Part shown: piece by piece, positions 38,159-45,297 of the stretch
Numbering within the stretch: position 1 is the first letter of the stretch
How the letters are laid out: every line of letters begins with the position of its first letter
Virus record (IMG/VR): IMGVR_UViG_3300027852_000001
Location: 1 to 64,000 of that record
Strand: one strand, 5' to 3'
DNA: 64,000 nucleotides
From: a virus
Program-made: the position numbers and the translations under genes
Notes under the pieces: model-generated
The model's input: only the letters and a program-made list of their open reading frames with translations
What the model was told of the DNA's origin: nothing
Database searches by the model: none

Positions 38159-39449
38159 TTATTGTTTCTTTCAGTAGACATCCACTATCTAAATTATAAC
38201 AATCTGTACATAATTCTCTATTGCAATTATCGCAACACTTTGTTTTACAAGAAGAACAAAGAATTTTTAAACATGTCTCACAGGTTGAAGCACATTCTGG
38301 ACAAATTATTTCACCACATTCAGAACATTCACTTAATTCTGAACAATCTTCACAATAGACTACGTCGCAAGAAGAACAAACTACCCTACAGTCTGAACAT
38401 ACAATATTTTCACACTTTTCACAATTTTCTGCACAACCTAGACAAGTATTTCTTCCACAGGTAGAGCATTCTACTCTACATTCTGAGCAGGTTCCTGTTC
38501 CACATGAACCACACTTACTCATACAACTGTCACATAATGTTTCATTGCATTCGCCACATTGGCTAGCACATGAATCACATACCATGTTGTCACAATCTAT
38601 ACATTGACGATGCCATTCTTCAGCGCACGAAGAACATAATGTATCACCACATTCCACGCATATAGACATGTCATCTTCTGGTCGATAGTTTTCACATCCA
38701 TCACAAAATATTTCTCCTTCGTGAGACGGATTGTACCAAGAACACAATTCGTCGTATGGAGATGATGAATTATATGTCCTTAATATTGATTCAACAATTG
38801 TGAATAAGTCTTCTAATCTACCAGATAGAACTGCTTGTTCTATCATCTCATCCCCCTCACCTTGACATAGAGAGCCAGATGAGTTTACGTGTGGGTGAAA
38901 ATATCCCTTGTTAGAACATATCGGATAAGTAGCTTCTACAGACAAAAACGATAACATCGATTTTGTTAAATCTAGAACAATTCTCATGTTTCCGAAATTG
39001 AATTCTCTATCCCCATCAGTAAGTTCTACGTCAGAGATTATGACTGATAATTGTCCGTTTTTGTAGGTTACATTATCTGCTCCTCGGTCTGATACAATAG
39101 CAGATATTTCTTCCATAACATGTTTTAGACTAAGTTTATTCTTACCACCAAGACTGAGGACATGCGACATCCTATTTTTAATGTTATCCATTTTCCATGA
39201 TATGTCATCAACACAAGGAGATAATACATTTTCAAATAATTGTTTAACACAACTTGTGCTAGTTATTCTTTGTTTTGACTTAATTATAGCAACTATTACT
39301 TTTGATAGTCTGTTTGCTTTTTCTTGTCGTCGTTGTACGTATGACATATCTAATACTGAATTAAGTTCACCATCTTCTATTTCGTGTGAGTATTTACTAA
39401 AGAATTCTAGAAATTTATTAGCTGCTCTTATAATTAATTTTTGGTTCAT
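38151..39449 (-). CDS. E2 (UBC-like) ubiquitin-conjugating-type protein fused to a C-terminal CxxC repeat array
   Basis: FHPHVNSSGSLC (aa 184-195) has the same spacing as eukaryotic E2 HPN[IV]xxxGx[IL]C. Residues 249-424 carry 44 Cys in about ten C-x2-C-x4-C-x2-C-x3 units. The stop overlaps the JAB start by 8 nt (ATGAATAA). Confidence 0.7.
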   Translation of the reverse strand: MNQKLIIRAANKFLEFFSKYSHEIEDGELNSVLDMSYVQRRQEKANRLSKVIVAIIKSKQRITSTSCVKQLFENVLSPCVDDISWKMDNIKNRMSHVLSLGGKNKLSLKHVMEEISAIVSDRGADNVTYKNGQLSVIISDVELTDGDREFNFGNMRIVLDLTKSMLSFLSVEATYPICSNKGYFHPHVNSSGSLCQGEGDEMIEQAVLSGRLEDLFTIVESILRTYNSSSPYDELCSWYNPSHEGEIFCDGCENYRPEDDMSICVECGDTLCSSCAEEWHRQCIDCDNMVCDSCASQCGECNETLCDSCMSKCGSCGTGTCSECRVECSTCGRNTCLGCAENCEKCENIVCSDCRVVCSSCDVVYCEDCSELSECSECGEIICPECASTCETCLKILCSSCKTKCCDNCNRELCTDCYNLDSGCLLKETINE

Positions 39450-39471
39450 GGTTATATCTTTTGGATATTTA

Positions 39472-39507
39472 CAAAAAAAAAGGGAGGGGGCTTAACACCC
39501 CCTCCCT
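39472..39507 (-). terminator. intrinsic terminator between the Ubl gene and the E2 gene
   Basis: Perfect 10-bp G/C-rich stem (39481-39490 with 39498-39507), 7-nt loop, then about 8 U on the minus-strand RNA (A-run 39473-39480). There is no T-run on the plus side. Confidence 0.8.
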
Positions 39508-39554
39508 CGTGTCTTCAGAATACAAAGATCAAAAATTCTATCGCAATCTTATAT

Positions 39555-39791
39555 CTAGTTTGCGCCTTCTACCTTCGATGGAGTAAGAGATACCCGATCT
39601 CCATCCTGGAGCACATATTCGCCATATGCCTGTACACTGGTTCCATTGGACCTTACCTTGATAACAAAATCGTCTAGGTCTCCACCGTCAAAAGAAACAT
39701 TCAGAAACGCATCTAGTGTTGTTCCTTCAGCTACTGGGAAACGTACTGGAACTCCATTGCCACTATTTGATACCATGAAAACATCGATCAT
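39555..39791 (-). CDS. ubiquitin-like beta-grasp protein (ThiS/MoaD-like)
   Basis: 78 aa from the ATG at 39791 (GGAG SD; the track start at 39851 is TTG). L.DGDRVSL.P.KVEG tail resembles ThiS/MoaD ..GD.V.i...vgGG. Ends in VEGAN. Confidence 0.6.
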   Translation of the reverse strand: MIDVFMVSNSGNGVPVRFPVAEGTTLDAFLNVSFDGGDLDDFVIKVRSNGTSVQAYGEYVLQDGDRVSLTPSKVEGAN

Positions 39792-39874
39792 TTTTTTTCT
39801 CCGCAAATAATTCGTTCTGTTGTTAGTAATTACGATACGCAAAAAATACAAGAATTAGACTCAAGACACTATAT

Positions 39875-40084
39875 TTAGTTTGTATGCAAATTATTATCTC
39901 CAATTATTTCCGAAAAACTAGAAACAAAACGATTCATTTCATCTTCTATTTCGCTAACTTTTGAGCAATTATCTGATAAATCTTTAATACACTTGAAGAG
40001 CAACAGAGGAAGTGCTTCTTTTCTCAGTTCTCCTAATTGTAGTCTTGTTGATATCTCACTCCATTCTTGCTGTGTTTTATACAT
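39875..40084 (-). CDS. hypothetical protein
   Basis: 69-aa minus-strand ORF. Confidence 0.5.
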   Translation of the reverse strand: MYKTQQEWSEISTRLQLGELRKEALPLLLFKCIKDLSDNCSKVSEIEDEMNRFVSSFSEIIGDNNLHTN

Positions 40085-40101
40085 ACTGTATCTCTCAATA
40101 T

Positions 40102-40323
40102 TTAAACGTAATTTGGCTTGTGTCTGTGTGTTGTTTGGTTTTTCTTAGCGAAATTGACTATTTCACTAGTTGACCAAGGAGTCCTTCCTCCTACACTATC
40201 TATGTCAATTGTGATTGAATTAGCATCTGGATACAATTCACTAGCTTTAATACCAGCATCATGACACGAAACAGACAGAATAGGAACACGAACGCCGTCC
40301 ACGAGAACCAAATACAATCCCAT
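40102..40323 (-). CDS. hypothetical protein
   Basis: Start moved to MGLYLVLVDG (ATG at 40323). The track's N-terminal extension runs through the GC-rich structured spacer. Confidence 0.5.
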   Translation of the reverse strand: MGLYLVLVDGVRVPILSVSCHDAGIKASELYPDANSITIDIDSVGGRTPWSTSEIVNFAKKNQTTHRHKPNYV

Positions 40324-40358
40324 CTTAATTTTCCTTAAATGAATAGACGTGAGAAACA

Positions 40359-40443
40359 GAGGGGCTTCGGCAGTCAAATATAAGCTGGGGTCACCCTGGC
40401 CGCGCGACCAGTCTCTCGGTCTCATATTCCGCCGAAGACCCTC
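40359..40443 (-). ncRNA. GC-rich structured leader/spacer element (unassigned class)
   Basis: On the minus-strand RNA, 40443-40429 pairs with 40373-40359 (15 positions: 13 WC, 1 GU, 1 mismatch). This encloses about 55 nt that contain a CUGGUC-GCGC-GGCCAG hairpin. It fills the 129-nt gap between two CDS. Confidence 0.45.
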
Positions 40444-40452
40444 GGTCTCTCA

Positions 40453-40809
40453 TTACTTTGTTTTCCTAACTAAATCTAAACGTCTTACAATAAAGATCAA
40501 TACTTCATTAAGCTCGACGAGAAATGCTATCTGTTGTTGGTCTTTTTCTTTTAGTAGGTCATAAATTACATAAAACCCATTCCACTTACCTACTTTATAA
40601 TTTGCATCTTTCAACTGTTTGTTCAGGTCATCGATTGAGATATCTACCAAATCTTGTCCCTTCGTCTCATACCATTCTCCGTCTAGCCCATAAGCAAATG
40701 TTGTTTTTTCTTTATTTCGTTTAGAAATTTTCTTTACAATTTTTATACTAATTAAAATAACAAGGAACCACGGTGTTATTAATAAAATTGTAAATATGAT
40801 ATTTGTCAT
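40453..40809 (-). CDS. membrane-anchored hypothetical protein
   Basis: N-terminal TM IIFTILLITPWFLVILISIKIV. 118 aa. Confidence 0.5.
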   Translation of the reverse strand: MTNIIFTILLITPWFLVILISIKIVKKISKRNKEKTTFAYGLDGEWYETKGQDLVDISIDDLNKQLKDANYKVGKWNGFYVIYDLLKEKDQQQIAFLVELNEVLIFIVRRLDLVRKTK

Positions 40810-41882
40810 AATTTATCTGCACTATCACATAAAAATACTTCTAAGTCATTGTGTTTTGGTCGTATCACTTTCATTATGTATTGATCTAATTTGTTAGTAT
40901 TGTTGTCTAAAATCAAAAACATAGCCGATTGATGTAGGTTACCCTTAACATGGCCAGCAAATTTATGTCTTTCTGATTTATCTGGAGTTTTGTCAAACTC
41001 GCTTTGCAGTAGATTCATTACTCTTAAGTAGCGTTGTTCTAACTCATACGCGATTGTTCTTAAGATTGAGTGATATTCTATATCTACTACATCCAATAAA
41101 TCCGGATTAACTTCACCATGAAGCATTTCATTCCAAACACCTACTGGTGTGAGTTTTCTTAGTAGGTTATGTCTACGGATATAATCAGCAGCTTTTAACT
41201 TTACTCTCAATCCGTTGTCGAATTTTACGACATATCCCTCTAGTTTTGTTCCATTCGCTATTTTTAGTTGGCCTCTGCAATATCCTAACCATTCTTGATC
41301 ATAAGATTTAACTAGTGTAAAACCAAATTCTTCACTCCACTTTTCTACTTGCTCTATGTCATATTCTTCTCCAGTATGCCTATTATATGCGCCAAGTAGT
41401 ATTAAATCTCTTTTGCATCCATAATCAACCACTATTCTAGTTAGTGGTCCAATTATTTCAAATATTAAAGTTACATCTTCTGGTAAATTATTTAAGTTGT
41501 ATTTTTTTAACATGGCTGTGGCGAATACTGCCCCATCGCTGCTAAAAGATCCTCTTGTAGCAATCTTGAATTCACCATTGACTCTGTAAAGAATTCCTAA
41601 CCACCCATCTTCTTTCTTGGTTATGGAAAATCCATTTCCCCATGGTAGATTTCTTTCTTGTGTATCCTGTCTTTGGTTCATATTGAAAAATTTAGGGAAA
41701 GGACGTGCTACTATTTCACCAGTTACCCTATTCAATATAATTCCACGGCTGTTTATTGTTAGGTCATTCCAGATTTTGCATCCATTGACATATGTGTAGA
41801 TTCTTAGGTCTCCACAATCATCACACCTTAATAGACCTTGCTTTACTAATTCGTCTCTTTGTTCTACGTGGTCGTGTTTCAT
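40806..41882 (-). CDS. RNA ligase (T4 Rnl1-like nucleotidyltransferase)
   Basis: Motif I TKKEDGWLG (KxDG). About 358 aa, comparable to T4 Rnl1. The ATG at 41882 is preceded by AAGGAGAA. Adjacent to tRNA genes. Confidence 0.6.
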   Translation of the reverse strand: MKHDHVEQRDELVKQGLLRCDDCGDLRIYTYVNGCKIWNDLTINSRGIILNRVTGEIVARPFPKFFNMNQRQDTQERNLPWGNGFSITKKEDGWLGILYRVNGEFKIATRGSFSSDGAVFATAMLKKYNLNNLPEDVTLIFEIIGPLTRIVVDYGCKRDLILLGAYNRHTGEEYDIEQVEKWSEEFGFTLVKSYDQEWLGYCRGQLKIANGTKLEGYVVKFDNGLRVKLKAADYIRRHNLLRKLTPVGVWNEMLHGEVNPDLLDVVDIEYHSILRTIAYELEQRYLRVMNLLQSEFDKTPDKSERHKFAGHVKGNLHQSAMFLILDNNTNKLDQYIMKVIRPKHNDLEVFLCDSADKL

Positions 41883-41913
41883 TGTGGTTCTCCTTATATT
41901 TTTACACAAAAAC

Positions 41914-41987
41914 TAAGCCGGGTGGGACTCGAACCCACGACTTTCGGATTAGAAATCCGATGCTCTGTCCAACTGAGCTACCGGCTC
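41914..41987 (-). tRNA. tRNA-Arg(UCU): tRNA-Arg (anticodon UCU)
   Basis: 74-nt cloverleaf: GAGCCGG-UA-GCUC/AGUUGGACA/GAGC-A-UCGGA/UUUCUAA/UCCGA-AAGUC-GUGGG/UUCGAGU/CCCAC-CCGGCUU-A. Confidence 0.9.
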
Positions 41988-41997
41988 TTTGTTTTAG

Positions 41998-42348
41998 CTA
42001 CTTTTCTGAATCATTCATCTCCTTGATTTTTTCTGTCAACTTCCTGGATTTAAAACCAATTTTATTTTCATATTCCTTCCAAATGCGTGTTCTAAGACGG
42101 ATATCTAAGTTAAATATTGCTTCAGCTAACGACTTTTTGCGACCAAGAGCTTTGTTAAAATTATCTCCTGGGTGACAGATTGATACACCTTGTCCTACTT
42201 GAGTTCCATTAACGTTCACGACAGTAACAGAACATCTACGGCCTTCTTCAACATAAACTCCCGTTAGTCCCTCAACTTCATATGATTCTAAAAATTTATG
42301 ATCAAATCTTATTTCAACTACATCTGAACCTTTTGTTACTTTTAACAT
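41998..42348 (-). CDS. hypothetical protein
   Basis: 116-aa ORF with an AAGGAG SD. Confidence 0.55.
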   Translation of the reverse strand: MLKVTKGSDVVEIRFDHKFLESYEVEGLTGVYVEEGRRCSVTVVNVNGTQVGQGVSICHPGDNFNKALGRKKSLAEAIFNLDIRLRTRIWKEYENKIGFKSRKLTEKIKEMNDSEK

Positions 42349-42364
42349 TTTTTCTCCTTTGTAT

Positions 42365-42402
42365 CAAATAAAACTGGTGTCGCCCCCCATAGAGACGACA
42401 CC
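42365..42402 (-). terminator. intrinsic terminator after tRNA-Lys and the downstream structured RNA
   Basis: Minus-strand RNA GGUGUCGUCUC-UAUGG-GGGGCGACACC (11 bp including 2 GU), followed by AGUUUUAUUU. Confidence 0.6.
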
Positions 42403-42570
42403 GTTACTCCACCTACACATGGCAGGCTAGCTTTAATTGTTATACACAAGTACAGATACCTTGCCAGTTTATGAGACCGGAGTTTCCTTGATCAGTGGAT
42501 GTGTTGCTTTTACACCACAAGGTATCCCCCAGAGATATCTTATCTAGAAAAATTCTCTGAGTTGTACTAC
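42403..42570 (-). ncRNA. candidate structured RNA between tRNA-Lys and the terminator
   Basis: 168 nt with no ORF. Hand-found helices: CAGAGA/UCUCUG, GAUACCUUG/CAAGGUAUC (9 bp), GUGGUGU/ACA(U)CCAC, CCGGU/ACUGG. Confidence 0.4.
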
Positions 42571-42643
42571 TGGGCCGGGTGGGGCTCGAACCCACGACCA
42601 CCCGCTTAAAAGGCGGATGCTCTACCGACTGAGCTACCGGCCC
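42571..42643 (-). tRNA. tRNA-Lys(UUU): tRNA-Lys (anticodon UUU)
   Basis: 73-nt cloverleaf: GGGCCGG-UA-GCUC/AGUCGGUA/GAGC-A-UCCGC/CUUUUAA/GCGGG-UGGUC-GUGGG/UUCGAGC/CCCAC-CCGGCCC-A. Confidence 0.9.
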
Positions 42644-42649
42644 TGATAT

Positions 42650-42841
42650 TTATTTATTTGTGTTTTTTTCTAAAATGGTTGCTAGTTCACCTAGTCCGTA
42701 AAATTCAATATTAAGTTCTTCTTCGTGGAATTTTATCCACCCACTACCGTCGCTGTAAAATTCAATATAGCAGTCTTCGTCAAATACTGACGATACTTCA
42801 TTTATCATCCTACGAATAGAACATATTGTTGTTTTTGTCAT
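42650..42841 (-). CDS. hypothetical protein
   Basis: 63-aa minus-strand ORF. Confidence 0.45.
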   Translation of the reverse strand: MTKTTICSIRRMINEVSSVFDEDCYIEFYSDGSGWIKFHEEELNIEFYGLGELATILEKNTNK

Positions 42842-43194
42842 AATTGTTTTATTCCACCTTCATTAGTAGTATACCAAACTTGTACGTTAAATCTACTCAA
42901 TTTTTTCTGACACGAAGCACATGGCTTGGCCATACTTAGTGAATTATCTTTTCTCAACACTCTTACAACAAGAATGTTTATGTCTCCAAATCTTTGGAAA
43001 GCTTTAGTCCTGACAAGCTTATGAAGTAACACAACTTCGGCATGTTCTGTCCAAAAATTCTGACCACTTACTCGTCTGTTGTGTGCCGTAGCTATTACTT
43101 CCATTGATTTAGTAAAAGCTATAGCTGCCATGTGTGATCTAACAACATTTCCATATCCAGCAACTTTCCTAGCTTTTCTTACCAAGGTTTTCAT
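42838..43194 (-). CDS. CDA-fold zinc deaminase (small; cytidine/dCMP/tRNA-adenosine deaminase-like)
   Basis: HAEVVLL and PCASCQKKL zinc motifs. 118 aa. Confidence 0.6.
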   Translation of the reverse strand: MKTLVRKARKVAGYGNVVRSHMAAIAFTKSMEVIATAHNRRVSGQNFWTEHAEVVLLHKLVRTKAFQRFGDINILVVRVLRKDNSLSMAKPCASCQKKLSRFNVQVWYTTNEGGIKQL

Positions 43195-43203
43195 GGTTCA
43201 CCT

Positions 43204-43440
43204 TTATCTATTATTTTGTGCTTCTCTAAAACAACATGATATGTCAAACATTAAATATTTTAGCAAAAGATTTAATCTACTCTCAATCATTAAAACAATT
43301 CTTGGGTGTTGATATGGTAGGCTAGTTAGCATATTAAAATAACCAACATAAATTGTTCTTACTTGATCGTTCAGTTGTTTCTGACATTCTTCTGGAAGAA
43401 AATGTATTTGAACCGCACAAAATTGTAATGTATTTATCAT
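43204..43440 (-). CDS. hypothetical protein
   Basis: 78-aa minus-strand ORF. Confidence 0.45.
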   Translation of the reverse strand: MINTLQFCAVQIHFLPEECQKQLNDQVRTIYVGYFNMLTSLPYQHPRIVLMIESRLNLLLKYLMFDISCCFREAQNNR

Positions 43441-43445
43441 GTTTA

Positions 43446-43712
43446 TTACTGGTATTCGTGATAGTCGTCATCTCTTACGGAATAACTGTCTGACACTAGA
43501 CAGTCGACATCGAATTGGGAATATACTAAGAACAGATGAACGTCATCTTTTGCGTCATCAACAAGAACACTACCATCCTCAAAAACAACTCTCCTACGCC
43601 ATTCATGTTTTAAAAGTGCAAGATTTTGTTCAAAAATTTTAAGAAATCTTTCTCTAATATCATCAGGTAGAAGATTAGCTGATTGGAATATTTGTTCAAT
43701 TAGTTCATTCAC
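43446..43712 (-). CDS. hypothetical acidic protein
   Basis: 88-aa minus-strand ORF. Confidence 0.5.
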   Translation of the reverse strand: MNELIEQIFQSANLLPDDIRERFLKIFEQNLALLKHEWRRRVVFEDGSVLVDDAKDDVHLFLVYSQFDVDCLVSDSYSVRDDDYHEYQ

Positions 43713-43776
43713 TTCTTAAACCCCATAGAATTAATAATCAAGGCAATAAAAGATAACCAAAATAATGTATACATTG

Positions 43777-44025
43777 TTAGTTCATCAAAAGATTTACGAG
43801 CACCGATACCACAACAGATACAAAACTCACACCAATTATTATTACTACTGTTCCAACTTTTTGGGTTTTTGCCTGTTGTTCTCCAACCCTATTTAACAAA
43901 TCTAACCACTGATCTGTCCTGTCATCTGCCTTCAATGCATTGTTTTGTATAGAGCTATTAACATTATCCAACTGATGAGTAATTCTGGCAAGATTACAAT
44001 TCATAATTTCTAACTGAGAAGACAT
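43777..44025 (-). CDS. tail-anchored membrane protein
   Basis: Coiled N-terminus and C-terminal TM VGTVVIIIGVSFVSVVVSVLVNLL. Confidence 0.5.
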   Translation of the reverse strand: MSSQLEIMNCNLARITHQLDNVNSSIQNNALKADDRTDQWLDLLNRVGEQQAKTQKVGTVVIIIGVSFVSVVVSVLVNLLMN

Positions 44026-44027
44026 AG

Positions 44028-44216
44028 TTATTTTCCTTGGTGTTCTTTTAAATTACAAAATTCACACGATTTTCCACCATCTACCCAACGATAAACTGTA
44101 CCCTTAGACATACGCTTTTCGCAGTAGGCACACGAAAAAGGTTTACGTGACTTAATATTATCACTACTCCACGGCCCCATTTTCTTTGTCTGGCAATATA
44201 AAACAAACATCATCAA
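44028..44216 (-). CDS. hypothetical zinc-ribbon protein
   Basis: 62 aa with CAYCEK...CEFC. Confidence 0.45.
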   Translation of the reverse strand: MMMFVLYCQTKKMGPWSSDNIKSRKPFSCAYCEKRMSKGTVYRWVDGGKSCEFCNLKEHQGK

Positions 44217-44419
44217 GGCCCCCCGAATGGTTCCATCATAGCCATATACATTTCATGAACTAACGCTGTGATGTTTGCGTGATCTTCTGCTGTTACTACC
44301 TGCTTCTTTCCGTCAGACATATAAATTTCTTGATCTGTTCCTGGGTTACCAGAGAATGGGTCAACCCTCATAACAAAGTGAAGGTTCAAATATGCATTAT
44401 CTGCTAATCGGTAAAACAT
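44213..44419 (-). CDS. hypothetical protein
   Basis: 68-aa ORF with a 4-nt overlap. Confidence 0.45.
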   Translation of the reverse strand: MFYRLADNAYLNLHFVMRVDPFSGNPGTDQEIYMSDGKKQVVTAEDHANITALVHEMYMAMMEPFGGP

Positions 44420-44435
44420 TAATTTAATCCTTTAT

Positions 44436-44648
44436 TTAGCTGTTTTTTAGTTTATTGAGAGACTCAGTCATTGTTTGTATAACTAGATCCATATGTTCGG
44501 TTAATGTATGATGTCTACCGCTGCGCATCATAATAACAGTTTCATTTTCATCGTAACCACATCGTATAGATTCTATTTCATTTGGGTCAAGCATCAATTT
44601 ATCTGATACTTGTACCAAAAAAACATTAGTTGTTATTGCGTTGTACAA
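44436..44648 (-). CDS. hypothetical protein
   Basis: 70-aa minus-strand ORF. Confidence 0.45.
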   Translation of the reverse strand: MYNAITTNVFLVQVSDKLMLDPNEIESIRCGYDENETVIMMRSGRHHTLTEHMDLVIQTMTESLNKLKNS

Positions 44649-44649
44649 T

Positions 44650-44871
44650 TTATTCTCCTAACCATTCGCTGACTTCTTTCGTCATCCTAGACAGGACGAA
44701 AGATTCAAGAATTATAGACGGATGATTTTTTCTACACAGCATATACATTTTTACCCGTTTTCCCAGAAAGAACCTTGCTATTTTTAATGGGGTATCGCTG
44801 TTTATTTTGTAAGATCCTACTATTTCTTGTGGGTTAAAACATATTATATACACTTTGTCTGTCAGTATCAT
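44650..44871 (-). CDS. hypothetical protein
   Basis: 73-aa minus-strand ORF. Confidence 0.45.
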   Translation of the reverse strand: MILTDKVYIICFNPQEIVGSYKINSDTPLKIARFFLGKRVKMYMLCRKNHPSIILESFVLSRMTKEVSEWLGE

Positions 44872-44895
44872 CTAACCACCATTCTACCCAAGAAC

Positions 44896-45291
44896 TCAGT
44901 TATCATAAGCAGTGAATGCTTTCCAGTAATATTGTTCATCGCACAACCCTACTGTAATATTTGCAACATTTTGAAAAGCAGCAAGGTATAATGGTAAGAA
45001 AAATTCTTTTACAAACTGCCTTAAAGCTAGCAAGTTAGTTGACCTATACCTGTAATATTCTTGGGTTACACTTTCTCTCCGTGGCATATAGTTATCTGCT
45101 ATTAGTAGCCAATATGGTCTAATTGTCGCATCTGTTTGTGCTTCTCTTATTTTGATATTCACAGGGACATTTGCATCACCAAAACCACGAAAATATGTGG
45201 CTATTTCTGCTGGGTTAACAGGCTCCCAGTCAGGCCCTTTTCCGTCAACATTACTCCATAAAGATACTTCTACTTCTTGCAGTAATTCCAT
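44896..45291 (-). CDS. hypothetical protein
   Basis: 131-aa minus-strand ORF. Confidence 0.5.
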   Translation of the reverse strand: MELLQEVEVSLWSNVDGKGPDWEPVNPAEIATYFRGFGDANVPVNIKIREAQTDATIRPYWLLIADNYMPRRESVTQEYYRYRSTNLLALRQFVKEFFLPLYLAAFQNVANITVGLCDEQYYWKAFTAYDN

Positions 45292-45297
45292 ATTTAT

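Noticed and set aside
41951-41957. Reading the tRNA at 41914..41987 as an amber suppressor (CUA appears in the loop sequence UUUCUAA).
   Set aside because: With the 5-bp stem UCGGA/UCCGA, the 7-nt loop is U-U-U-C-U-A-A. Positions 34-36 are therefore UCU (Arg), with U33 and A37 in their proper places.
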